DNA of 59,377 nucleotides, filler included, from Sphacelaria rigidula (lineage: Eukaryota), in assembly GCA_964200075.2 (NCBI GenBank). It is 6 parts of 6 records of this genome, joined end to end, with 100 filler letters (N's around TTAATTAATTAA, not from the genome) between each part and the next. Parts side by side here need not be neighbours in the genome. Positions count along the whole stretch, not along the records: positions 39,654 to 49,465 come from CAXNAA020007707.1; positions 49,566 to 59,377 come from CAXNAA020007708.1; 4 more parts are not named here. One strand, written 5' to 3'. The position numbers and the translations under genes were made by a program. Shown here one piece after another: positions 46,700 to 58,520 of the stretch (positions are counted from its first letter, which is position 1; the number at the start of each line of letters is the position of its first letter). The notes beneath the pieces are model-generated. The model was not told where the DNA came from, searched no databases, and saw nothing but the letters and a program-made list of their open reading frames with translations.

Positions 46700-49465
46700 T
46701 CCATGTTTTTGCCCGGTGTTTCCCTCCTGTTACTACCCGCCCGCCCCCTTTTGCTACCTCCTTCCCCTTCTACCCCCCGTCCTCTTCGCCCTTCCGCCTT
46801 TTCGTCCTCTTCCTCACCCTCGTCGTCTCGTTTTATCCTCATCTTCATCCTAATCCCCATCACCGTCCTCGTCCTCTGCTTCATCCTGGCCCTCTTCCTC
46901 ATCTTCTGAGGGCCGGGTGCCCGACACACTGCGTCCCAGCGCGCCGTCCCCTGGCACGGCCCGGCGCGTGCACGGGGGGAAAGCGTCGTCGTTCTGACGA
47001 GCGCGAAGCTTCCCACCTTCAAAGTTGTTGGGCACCTTCACCTTCTCGCTCTCCGAGACAGTAGTGACCTCGTTGGATGCCTCTGTGATTTTCGTACAGT
47101 CCTCAACGAGTGTGTCCCCGTTCTGGCATCTAACGACGTGATCGGTCATGTCATACTTCCACATGTACGTATCTTGAGCGCAGAATATGCACTTCACGAC
47201 GATTTTGATGCACGGTGAAGTATCCGAACCTCCTCGCGCACGTTTCAGAGTAAGAGCAACAACCTAAGGAGGTGCTTCCTTCCGAGGAGTGAATGAACAG
47301 GTGGAGTGCATGAACAACCTAAGGAGGTGCTTCCTTCCGAGGAGTGAATGAACAGGTGGAGTGCATGAGGGGTGCAGCCTTGCCGGGTGGATCGTTAATT
47401 GTGGTACGGCACCCCGGGCCACCACAGAAGCCGCGTACAGTGCTCATCCGCAGAGTCTGCGATGGGAGAAAAGAGGAAGTTGCAAGGCCGATGAGGTAGC
47501 ACGCAAGATAAAGATGGGGACACTCACCTCCAGCGAACACCATGGCCACATATCTTGTTCACTCGGACAATGACCGCCAAATGAAGAACGATCAGAGCAC
47601 CTCCCCTAGACATGAAAACTAACTCACCTCGTGTTTCAAAATGTGGCCGCCGACGTGCAACCTCAATTTCGATCGCGGAACATGGGAAAAACACAGCTTG
47701 CACCAATTTTCCCCCGCACCTGTTTCCCCGGCCGGTGCCGCATACGCTGTGTCAGGCTCGACATGGGACATATCTTCGTGAATCGGAAGTGGGTTAACGT
47801 CGGCGCGGGCGATGTTCTGAAGAGAGAGGTGTCGTCAAGCCTTCAGAGTGCCAACCTCGTCCATAAGGAGGTTTTCACCTGCATCGAGGTCAGAACAACT
47901 GGACCAAAACGAGGTGCAGTCCACAGCGTTGTCCAGCTCTACCGACTCTTGCATCGTCGGCCCCGCACCGAGGACGGCGCATGTGACGGTCTCCTTTATC
48001 ACAATCGGCTCCCGGACTACATCGGGGTTTACCGGCAAGACGAGGCGATACTTGCACAATAGCTTCCCTTTGTGCATTCCCAGCTCTCCCCAGTGGTCCC
48101 ACGAGTCCGCAATAGGCGCACTGGTTGTCGCCGGGATTACCCCGAAAGCGGAAGCTCCGTCATCCGCCTCCGGCGCGGCATGCTCCGTTTGAGCTCCACT
48201 ACCCTCCTTTCGACAACCTCTGCACCGCCCGCCCGCGGGGGTCTCCTCGCTCGGCGCTGTAGTGGAAGAGAACAGACCAAGAGTGAACTAGCCTGGGGGC
48301 ATCGCAACCATCATCACCAATGGGTCTCCGACACCAAGTCCCCGCGCATCTGTGTTGCCAATCCCAGCGCGTTGTATATCGTCACCTCCAACACCTGGCA
48401 AGCCGGGAACGACCGATGGCCCCACCGCGAGGCCTCGTACGCACTTCAACCGATCTCTCGACGCGTTCCCGAACTGAGATCCTATTAACTCCGCCAAGAC
48501 CCGCTGCTTGTGCAACGGCTTGCCATCTACACCGCAATGGGGCGAACACTCGCTGCCCCCACTTTCGTTTTTTTGAAGAAAGGTATCTAGCTCAACACTC
48601 GGATCGTCAACGGCGTCATCCGTGCCCGACGGATAGCTCTGTCCGCCTGCACGCGGGGCGTCCTCGTGTGCAGGACTCATTTCACTTGGCATCAGCATCA
48701 TCCTCAACTCGAAGGCCGGGAAACCCTCCGCTAGGACTTCGAATAAAGGCAAAAAGAACTCGTTGGTGACGGGAACACGATGGAGCCAAGCATTACTCCG
48801 TTGGATTTTCTCTCACTACTTGCGACTAAAAATGAGGTGACCAATAATCTCGGCGTGACAGATACGCAAGAGGTATGTCTACCGCCATTCCGACGAGTGA
48901 ATACCACAAAACAAATCAGATCTAAACAGTATAACGAAATTCAACGGCTTGATATATCTTGCCATTGTTCCTGCAGTATCAATGTCAAACACCTACAGTT
49001 GTTCATCTTTGTGTGCCAAGACCACAGAACACCCGACTCCCCCTTCCCCCTCACCCTCGGCTTACACGAACGGCAACAACGTCGTGACGCCAAGCTTCTT
49101 CAAGTCAGAGATGGTGTCGCTGCTATCAATATTATCTGAAAGGAAGGGTGACGCTAAAGAATGTTGATGGCATCCCCCCTCCCATCGTATCAGCATGAGG
49201 GAAAGTCAACATTTCGCACGTTGGTGTTGTTTCCTGCGCCGTTGTCATCCCAGTGGCGGGTCGTGGTGTGATCCAGAGTGCCGTTGAGGCGCTCGGAGGT
49301 TTGTTTCCATGCTAGATTCTTCTCAAACACCTGCTCTACCCTAATCGCAGGGCTAAACTCGTCGCTCAGCTCTTTCGGGTTGTAGCCAAAATACACCAAG
49401 GCGTAGTAAATATAGCATGTAGGATCCTGGATGATGACCAGAGGACAAGGGCATCCTGTGGATGA
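46700..49465 (-). pseudogene. Decayed large gene, probably transposon-associated, with C-terminal Cys/His-rich (Zn-binding-like) domain and acidic tail
   Basis: Blocks RLNGTLDHTTTRHW...NVRNVDF; HKQRVL...SRDRLKCVRG; GFCGGPGC...STC...SPC...KCIFC...WKYDMTDH; E/D-rich tail. Multiple stops; 5' part lost at the contig end. Confidence 0.5.
47258..47367. repeat. Perfect 55-bp tandem duplication (frameshifting)
   Basis: aacaacctaaggaggtgcttccttccgaggagtgaatgaacaggtggagtgcatg x2 (starts 47258 and 47313). Confidence 0.95.
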
Positions 49466-49565
49466 NNNNNNNNNNNNNNNNNNNNNNNNNNNNNNNNNNN
49501 NNNNNNNNNTTAATTAATTAANNNNNNNNNNNNNNNNNNNNNNNNNNNNNNNNNNNNNNNNNNNN
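49466..49565. other. Artificial contig spacer
   Basis: 100-bp N run with TTAATTAATTAA. Confidence 0.98.
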
Positions 49566-50925
49566 AAATACTCAAGTATTTACTCTACTCGACGTTTGAG
49601 TAGGTCGAGTACGGCCTCCAATACTCCACTCAAATTTTGAGTAGGTCGAGTACGACCTCAAATACTCTACTCATATATTGAGGAAACACTCTCAGTAATA
49701 CTTGAGTGTAGAGTATCACTTGAGTATGACCTTAATACTCTACTCAAGTTTTGAGTAGGTCGAGTACGGTCTCAAATACTCTACTCAGATTTTGAGTAGG
49801 TTGAGTATGGTCCCAAATACTCTACGGTATTTAAATTTTGAGTAAGTACTCCGAGTAATACTCGAGCATGGAGTATCACTTGAGTATGACCTCAATACTA
49901 TACCTAAATTTTGAGTAGGTCGAGTACGGCCTCAAGTGCTCTACTTAAATTTCGAGTAGGTTGAGTGTCGTCTCAAAAATACTCTACTCAAAGTTTGAGT
50001 AGGTTGAGTACGACCTCAAATACTCTACTCAAATTTTGAGTCAGCACTCTCAGTAATACTCGATACTTGAGTATAGAGTATCCCTTGAGTATGGTGAGTA
50101 CCCTTGACAGTCGGCGACTTCGTGACGTCAGTTCACAGACTATGTTGAATGCATGGGCGAACGACGACCATCAATCAGATGTGCGGCATTACATCACAGC
50201 CAACAAGGAGTACGAGCGAATGATGGCCATAAAAAAATCAAGAAACGTGCAGGTCAACGAACCTACTTGCCCCTGCGCCCCATCTGACCAGCCCCCACCC
50301 ACGGCAGTTAATGCTCGATACCTCTTGACGCCTTCGATATCACTTTCAGTACAGAGCGCCACTCATCATCATCGAGTAATGGAGTAATGGAGTAGTCGAG
50401 TAGGTATTTTCAAAATGAGCGACTCTACTGGCTACGATTTGACAAGACAGTTTGACCTTGAATCAACACTCATCATGGGTGGGCAACTCTAGGAATACCT
50501 CGGTATTTCTTCTACCCGAGTTTCAATATCTTGCCTACGAACTTGAATATTGAAGTTGAAGTTATAGGTTTTCGGTACATCTGATCCGGCCTCAGATACT
50601 CCACTCAAATTTTGAGTAGGTCGAGTACGGCCTCAGATACTCTACTCGAATTTTGAGTAGGCCGAGTACGGCCTCGGATACTCTACTCGAATTTTGAGTA
50701 GGCCGAGTACGGCCTCAAATACTCTACTCAAATTTTGAGTTGGTCGAGTACGACCTCAAATACTCTACTCAAATTTTGAGTAGGTCGAGTATGGTCTCAA
50801 ATACTCTACTCAAATTTCGAGTACGTTGAGTACGGCCTCCAATACTCAACTCAAATCTTGAGTACTAAAAGTATGACTCTTCAAAAATACTGAGTATCGA
50901 GTATACTCTACTCGACCTACCCTTG
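49566..50925. mobile_element. Non-autonomous hAT-type element, copy A (left TIR cut by contig start)
   Basis: Ends ...tactctactcgacctacccttg (50925). 41-bp subterminal arrays at 49566-50100 and 50590-50880. Colinear with 51606-53562. Confidence 0.9.
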
Positions 50926-51605
50926 GTTCATTGTGTATCACCCAAATTTGTTTCCTTAACCTTCCGTGCACAAAGTCCAGTTGATTTCAAATGAGAAACC
51001 ACACAAGAGACACCGGGCAGTATATATACAGTACAGGACTTGCAATTCTGTAGGGCAGGGTGTACACAGTGACGAGAAAAAATAGAAAGAAAAAACCAGG
51101 AAAACAAGAGAAACGTCAAGAAAATAGAAGAACAACCGCTAGTTGCGTTTTTTCCCCGTACAATCTGGTTCCTGTCGTTGAAAAAGCGAAGACGTGAGTT
51201 GTATTTTTCCGTCATGAGGGACAACGTGGTGCGCGGGAGTGGGTGCTGATCCAAGTCGCAAGACCAAAATGTCAAGCAGGTACTGGAGAAGGGATGGGTC
51301 GAAGAACCGAAGTATGGCGGGGGGCGGGGGGATGGCAAGATAAAAATTAGGCATGTGCGAGTGCAGGCAGAGCCCGTACTCATGGCCCATCTAACGCAGC
51401 GGTTCGTCGTATTTATTCGGCTTTGATATTGCTCTTGCCTCCTTGATTTTTTTTAAGTTATCCTGTCCCATTCGGGTATACCTTTCTTGTTATCGGTGCA
51501 GTTATGGACGAGCAATCAGGCGGCATCTTGACGAGCCGAAATACACAGCTTATATCCCGAATCCACCGTATTGCGGATACTGTCGCCAACGGTATAACTT
51601 TTTTC

Positions 51606-53562
51606 CAAGGGTAGGTCGAGTAGAGTATGTACTTTTGAGTACTCGAGTATAATACTCGAGTATTTACTCTACTCGACGTTTGAGTAGGTCGAGTACGGCC
51701 TCAAATACTCTACTCAAATTTTCAGTAGGTCGAGTACGATCTCAAATACTCTACTGAAAAATTGAGTAAGCACTCTCAGTAACACTTGAGTATAGAGTAT
51801 AACTTGAGTATAAACTCAGTACTCCACTCAAATTTTCAGCAGGTAGGGTACGACCTCAAATACTATGCTGAAAGTTTCAGTAGGTTGAGTACGACCTCAA
51901 ATACTCTTCTCAAATTTTGAGTAGGTGGAGTACGGCCTCAAATACTCTACTCAAATTTCGAGTAGGTCGAGTGTCGTCTCAAATACTCTGCTCAAAATTT
52001 GAGTAAGCACTCTCAGAAATACTTGAAAATAGAGTACCCCTTGGGTATGGTGAGTACCCCTAACAGTTGGCGACTTCGTGACGTCACTTCACAGACCATG
52101 TTGAATGCATGGTGTGGTAAGCCAAGCTCTCGGAGGCTTTATGGTTTTGTGCTGAACCAGTTCTACGGGTAAAAGTAAGATGAGTGCGTATGGGAACCGG
52201 GGTAAAACAACTGAAAATAGCTCTAATCCGGGGTACAGGGATTGTGCTATAGAGTGTTTCTAGGCATTGTGAGCCACAAGTCGAGGTTTGTACACAGGTG
52301 TTGAGGGTAGATCAAGGATCAAAACTTGTGGGGTACTCCCGAGTAGAATGATTCTTTGAAAGGTAAAGTCACAGATTTGGGTTCAAGTGCGTGAGAATGG
52401 ACAAAAGGGTTAAGGGCTAGCCAGGCGCATTCGAGCATCGATGCACCCCCCCCTGATGATCACTTCGTTCTGTATCCTTCTCTCAGCCTCAGCAACAGCT
52501 TTGTTCTGCAGTTGTAGGTCAAGTTTCGGTCTGTTTCCGGTCATAGATTGCTTTTGTGTTGATTTCTGGGGTCTTCCAGTATCGTAGCATCAACAATCAA
52601 TACAATTGACAACACATCACCTTTCGACAACTTTTTGGGACTCTACACGTTTCATCACTTCGAGGTTCTGCGAATCGCATCGCCTCAGCCCCATAACAGT
52701 GGTTCAACCTTTGTTGGAGATCTGAGCGCAAGGTCGTCTCCTGACAATGGGCGAACGATGGCCATCAATTAGATGGGCGGCGTGACATCACAGCCAACAA
52801 GGAGTATGAGCGAATGATGGCCATAAAAAAATAAAACAAAGTGTGCAGGTGAATGAACCTACCTTTCCCCAGCGCCCCATCTCACCGGCCCCCACCCACG
52901 GCAGTTCATACTCCCAATTCTTCGATACGATTTTGACGATTTGCAGTACCCCCGCCAGTTTACACGGTACAATCCGAACGCCCTTCGACAATACCCCAAC
53001 ATTCATTCTACCCTAGTTTTGTACCATTTGGTTCTGATCCGAATGTTTGCTGAGGTTGGAACTTGAATCAACACTCATCATGGGTGGGCAACTCAAGGAA
53101 TACCTCGGTATTTCCTCTACCCGAGTTTGAGTATCTTGCGTACGAACTTGAATATTGAAGTTTAGGTCATGGGTTTTCAGTACATTGGGTCCAGCCTCAG
53201 ATCCCCTATTCAAATTTGAGTAGGTCGAGTACGGCCTCAAATATTCTACTCATATTTTGAATAGGCCAAGTATAGCCTCCAATACTCTACTCAAATTTCG
53301 AGTACGTTGAGTACGGCCTCCAATACTCTACTCAAATATTTAGTAAGCACTCTCAGTGATACTTGAGTATAGAGTACTACTTGAGATTGACCTCAATACT
53401 CTACTCAAATTTCGAGTAGACTGGGTATGATCCTAAATGCTCTACTCGAATAATTGAGTAGGTTGAGTATGGTCTCAAATACTCTATTCAAACTTCGAGT
53501 ACTGAAAGTATGACTCTTCGAAAATACTGAGTATCGAGAATACTCTACTCGACCTACCCTTG
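51606..53562. mobile_element. Complete non-autonomous hAT-type element, copy B, with 22-bp TIRs, 8-bp TSD and 41-bp subterminal tandem arrays
   Basis: TIR CAAGGGTAGGTCGAGTAGAGTA at 51606-51627 and reverse complement at 53541-53562. TSD CTTTTTTC at 51598-51605 and 53563-53570. Repeat unit ctcaaatactctactcaaattttgagtaggtcgagtacggc. Confidence 0.92.
52113..52746. mobile_element. Solo LTR (634 bp) nested in hAT copy B
   Basis: TGT...ACA termini. 4-bp TSD ATGG at 52109-52112 and 52747-52750. Copy A shows the empty site (gc-atgg-gcgaacg, ~50151-50163). Confidence 0.88.
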
Positions 53563-53742
53563 CTTTTTTCTCTCTCTCGCGTCTAAGTCCTTCCCTTCCT
53601 CGAGACGAGTCCATGGTCTCAAGATATGAACTCATGTCTCCCCCGGTTTACGCCTCCTTACATTTTGGTATCGCGGGTTAGAGCAGCACTCCCTCCCCGC
53701 GCGTCAACTCTCGCCACCCAAACTCAACCAAACAGACGCTTT

Positions 53743-53890
53743 TTTCCTACTCACATCCTCACGCTGTCAACGACGAAAACCAAATACTGTTATGAGAAAA
53801 TAAGTCAATCTAGACGCATCTGGCGGGAGCCGAACACGCGCTTTTCCCGCTCTCATGGTGTCAGTTGGACCATTACACCACCGGGACGCG
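53743..53890 (-). mobile_element. tRNA-derived SINE-like copy
   Basis: Minus strand A-box-like TGGTGTAATGG and B-box-like GTTCGGCTCC. Body motif tttcctactc(a/g)catcctcacgct is shared with 56612-56634. Confidence 0.55.
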
Positions 53891-53976
53891 GCGGCGCCTT
53901 TCTATTGAAAACAATCCGAAGGTGTTTAGGGTGGGGTACGGGCGCGGGTACAGGTATGGCTTAGTGTTTCAGATGC

Positions 53977-54132
53977 AGTGAGGGTCTCCCCATAGTGCGG
54001 TGAAAAACACCTGTAGCGATTCCGATCCACTACACTAGAGACAAGTACTTTCACCGTATGGTGTGGGGTCCCGTCGTAGTGCGGTCACGTCGGGCTGGCG
54101 ACCTCCCGCACTATAGTGGGATCCCCTCACCG
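53977..54132. repeat. Small imperfect inverted repeat (MITE-like)
   Basis: cagtgagggtctccccatagtgcgg vs ccgcactatagtgggatcccctcaccg. Confidence 0.5.
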
Positions 54133-54466
54133 TTTCCCGGAATGCTCGGTATTTTCAGCAGCCGATATTTGAGATACCTCGGAGTACCCATGCTGAGAAC
54201 CCGGGGCACACTGGGGCTCTGTAGCTTTCCTCACCAATTTCCTTTTCCCACCAGAAGCACCTTCGGAAAAATTGTGACAAACCAAGAATACCGGCGTGAG
54301 GCATATTGCTAGTAATCCTGCGGCATTGCATAACGTCGTACTAGGAGTCCGCTACTGTACTGCATCCAGCTGGATTTTGACGCGGTATAATGTTGATACG
54401 TTGTACGTGACGTCCCCCAGCGCTGAGGCTTGATTTGATTTGACTTGACTTTACACAGGGCTCCGC

Positions 54467-54551
54467 GTGTAACGAATTTTGTGATGTGTAACATTAAGCT
54501 GTGACGTGTCACGAACTTTGTGACGTGTAACGAACTTTGTGACGTGTAACG
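54467..54551. repeat. 19-bp minisatellite, ~4.5 units
   Basis: gtgtaacgaactttgtgac repeated with variants. Confidence 0.85.
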
Positions 54552-55657
54552 TAAAGAGCGCTGGTGAAATCGACATCTTGTCCACTTTGATGGTGGAAAA
54601 AGAATGACGGTCGGGCGTACTGATGAGTGTTTTGCCCTGTGTCTTCTCGCCCTCAAAGAGGGCTCGACACCTGAAGACGCCTCGTGTAGTCCCCCTTGTC
54701 CACTATTTTTTTAGTGAGAAAAGAAAGTACCTTGTCGAGGGCGGTCATGCAACACTCGATGGGTACCCCCCTCTGCTTTGGTTGGACCCGTTTTACTCCC
54801 TCTCGTGACTTTGACGCCTCTTTTTGTCCTTGCGCCAACCGGGTTAGAAGCTTACTTATCTTGTCGCAGGCCGACTCCCCACGCCCTTTTATTACCACAC
54901 CCAATAACTCCACACCTGGTTGTCTTCGACCCCCTGCTACCCCCGTTTTCCTCCGGACGCCCTCCCTGCAGCCCACCCGCCACAGTACCCTGGGCCGTCA
55001 ACCATGCAGGTAGCGTTGCTCCGCGCCCACGCCCTCGCCCCACGGGCACCGGCACAATATTCGCGAGCCTGTCATTTCCCCCAACACCCGCACCACCCCC
55101 GATAGTGACGCCGTTGTCTCTCTCTTTAGCTGTCTCTGCTTGTCTACGTTCCCTGCCTGTTTGCCTCCTACCTCTGCGCATGTGTCTGGCTGGCTGACTG
55201 GTCTGTTGACGCTGTTTCCTTTTGTGCCTCCTTTCCTGTGTCGCCGTCCCTGGCGCTGTATGTGTTCTCGTCGATGTATCTAGCGTCACTTTTCTCTCCT
55301 ATCTCAAGACAACAACACACCGTATCACACCACACACTGGACATTCAGGGAAAAGAGAACATGAAGCGCGCCGCTTTCTCTTTCACTATTCTGTTTCTCT
55401 AAGCCATTCCTGTAACCTCCCGTTCTGTTTGCTCAACAACAACAAAAACCATGCATGCTTTTCCTGTAAAATCATCCCCACCCATATGATCGTCCACCAT
55501 AATTTCCCAGATTACAGGGAAGACATGACATATCTCTCTTTTACACATATCTATATATTTATGTAGATATTCCAGCGAAAATGTTACCGAAAATTTCTCC
55601 TTGTTTCTCCTCATTGTTCGCACGGGCGTGTTCTCATTTTTTCAATCATCTCATCAG

Positions 55658-55810
55658 GAAGACTTCAAGACACACGAGCTGCCTTTAGCTCGCATCAAGA
55701 AAATCATGCGGCTGGAAGATGACATAGCAGAGCTCGGAACCCCTCGCTTTATGATCGCGGCGGAAGCTCCCATTGTTATCGCCAAGGCATGCGAGATCTT
55801 CGTGCTCGAG
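55658..55810 (+). CDS. NF-YC: NF-YC/HAP5-like histone-fold protein, internal exon (51 aa)
   Basis: cag|[51 protein letters not shown]|gt carries the [10 protein letters not shown]...MI.AEAP...AKACE.F..E signature. Phase-0 splice sites. Confidence 0.92.
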
Positions 55811-56324
55811 GTGGGTGGGGATTTTCAGGGAAGTTCACACGAGTTTGTAGTTGGAAAAAAACACGGTATAAGCATACTTGATTGTAGTATTTTTCTCATA
55901 ACTTTTTACTCAACCTCCCCCTATCCTCCCTTTCCTCTCTCCGCCTCGAACTCCCCCTTGTTAAGGTTGGTGTCCGGTGTACACAACGCTGTAAAACACG
56001 CCACTCACTGCGTAAGCTAGGCAACCAGGTTGCCGTTTTTTTCCTCGCCTGCGTGTTTTTCTGCGATAACCGTGATGGTGGTCGAGGTAGATCATATTGT
56101 GCGCGGTAGAAGAACCTCAACTCCGCGCAAAGGGAATGCTTGTACTACGTAGTGTCTGAATGGTGAGACACCCATGAGGTTTGTAGCACGTGGCTGTCTC
56201 TGGAAGTGGCAGTGCCAGAAAATAAAGCGAGTCATTGGCGGCTCTCATCTAGATGCACGATAATCAGCGCTTCGGGCCGAACAATCTTAGCAGGATGCAG
56301 CTCACCCTTCGTGCGACTCGCCGA

Positions 56325-56467
56325 GCACATCACGACGCCTCGTGCTTGGTAATTGGATTGCGAGCCTAGTCAGACGAAAATCCGGCGTGCTCCGTCCCGG
56401 CTTTGCAGGGATGCAAGGTCAACGATCTTACGACTACAGGATGCAAGATCATGACTACACCCCCCCC
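56325..56467 (+). mobile_element. Poly(C)-terminated family copy inside the NF-YC intron
   Basis: cacgacgcctcgtgcttggtaattggattgcgagcctagtcagacgaaaatccggcgtgctccgtcccgg...catgactacaccccccc aligns with 1-144. Confidence 0.8.
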
Positions 56468-56611
56468 TCTATCTCGGAACGAGTCCGTAGTCTCAAGGAA
56501 CCAACCCATCGCTTCCCCCGGCACCTATACCCGCGATATTGATTTTATGTAGACGATTGGATCAGTACCACTCCCCCCCCCCCCCATCCCATCCACTGTC
56601 GTCGAATTTCG

Positions 56612-56753
56612 TTTCCTACTCGCATCCTCACGCTTTTCCAAGAACGGAAAGTGGATTCAGCTCAAAAAGATGGTACACAATCCGCCGGGATTCAAACCCG
56701 CGACAGCCTTCCGCCCTGACCGACCGTTGGCGTATCAGCTAGACCGCTGCCTC
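56612..56753 (-). mobile_element. tRNA-derived SINE-like copy in the NF-YC intron
   Basis: Minus strand CGGTCTAGCTG (A-box-like) and GGTTTGAATCCC (B-box-like). Shares a body motif with 53743-53765 at similar spacing. Confidence 0.55.
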
Positions 56754-58391
56754 GAGCAAAGCTTGCGAACGCTCGGGGCGCCTACTCCACACGACTGCCG
56801 TGAGGCAGTCTAGCCCAGCCTCCGGGTATCCGGCACACGTACCCGCCTGCGGGGTAAAAGTTGGGTCAGCTGTCCTCCCTTCTTCAAAGAAAAAAAAAAT
56901 AGCTGGACCCCCGAGGCACGGCGGATAGATGGAGGCTGGGCCAGCTGACTGATTTTTGAATGTATCCTGGCGATAGTGTCGGTAATTCGAGGAGTTAGAC
57001 GCTGAAGTTTTGACACAATATTTTTATCATCAAATCGTAAAACGAAACGTCTCCAGACACGCTATCACGCAACAACAGGAGACGTTCCCTGAACTCAATG
57101 CAGTACAATAACGTCATCGCCAAAACTTCGCCAATCGACCAGCGGCGGTGCCGTGCATTACCAGGTTGGTCTGTAGTTCACAGCGATATGCTCAAGTCGA
57201 GCTTATTTGGTGAACTTGACGAGTTATGGGGTGACATGCAAATGTGGGATGTACTGCTGGTCCAGCTCGTACTACTATCTTAGATCTTCCCGAGGGCTGG
57301 CAGTCTCAAGTGCAGCACTATTCTCACGTGCACAGCACGCGTTTTTGGCTCAAATTGGAGCCAATTGATAGTCTGCCAATGAATGCACCCCTTGCCTAGA
57401 GCACCGCCCGTTTCGTACCGCCCCCCGTCCGTGGTTGTGCGCCCGCCTTCGGTTGCCGCCGCGTGTGTTGCAGCTACGGCTACGGCTCGACAGAAACAGA
57501 ACGGGTGTTGAATCGTTGGCTTTTGGACTAAACGAGCTCGCGTATACCCCCCTCCACCGACCGGAGTATCCCCATGTATGCATGCATGGCGCAACTATAT
57601 GCCCATCGCGAATCCCCGCTTGTGCTGTTAGGAGAGTTTGCGATTTGTAGCGACGGTACTAGTGTTTGTCAAGTCTCATTTTGATGACGAGAAGAACATA
57701 AAGTGAAGTCTCAATCGGCTGCAGTTATGGGATTCGAACCCCAAAGATCCACCTACAAACTAATAAGCGTTGTTGGTGCGACGAGTGGCATATCTAGGTT
57801 AGGTGCCCCTTTCCCCCATCCCCAATTTTTGGCCTTATAAAAAAAAAAAAAAACAGTATTCAAAGCCTCCATTAGCTGTTCGTCAGCTTGAGGAGTGTCC
57901 CAACGAACGCAGACAAGTGGTGAGATGAGCTGATCTGTCCCCTTCATACACACACGCACATACATACCATCCTGGGTGCCGCGCGTTCCCCAGGAAACTC
58001 CGAAGTTTGTAGCCGCCTCACTGATTTTTTTCAGTCACCACATCAATTCAACCTTTCTGACTCGCGGTCAAATGGTATCAAAGTCTCGCGAGCAGTGTAA
58101 ATACTTTTGCTCCGACCTCATGCACATTCTTTCAACACGTGAAGCAACTTCATTTTCAGTTCTCTGACCACGTCTGGCGGCTTCATCCTTTGTAACTTGA
58201 AACCCGCCCCCCTTTCCCCCCACCAAACCTGGGCTCATGTTTTTGTTCGGGTGTGGTACCGACGCTGCAAGACTTACCACCGCTCGATTGATGTATCATG
58301 TGAATTAATGGGGCGCGGCGCCGTGTGTGTCTGTATATTTCTCCGTATGCCCTTCTCTGTGTCTTCTGTGTTGCTTCTACGACATGAGCAG

Positions 58392-58520
58392 ATGGCGCTG
58401 CGAGCGAGCTCGTTGACATCGGAAAACAAACGGCGGACCCTTCAACGGAACGATATCGCCATGGCCGTGTCGAAAACAGACACGTACGACTTTCTTATCG
58501 ACATCGTGCCGCGAGAAGAG
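58392..58520 (+). CDS. NF-YC: NF-YC/HAP5-like protein, next exon (43 aa; either splices at GT 58521 or reads on to TGA ending 58538)
   Basis: cag|[43 protein letters not shown] carries the [12 protein letters not shown]...DFLIDIVPR signature. Joins in frame to 55658-55810 across a 2581-nt GT-AG intron. Confidence 0.92.

Noticed and set aside
49566-53562. CRISPR-like array of regular palindromic repeats
   Set aside because: Units are head-to-tail with no unique spacers, lie inside TIRs with an 8-bp TSD, and there are no cas genes; the context is eukaryotic.
55601-56020. 139-aa single-exon NF-YC ORF as given in the ORF track (likewise 58197-58538)
   Set aside because: Homology is confined to the AG/GT-bounded exons; the rest is intron read-through.
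56670-56753. tRNA gene (also 53820-53890 and ~57730)
   Set aside because: A/B boxes are present but I could not fold a cloverleaf with acceptor and anticodon stems; treated as SINE heads.
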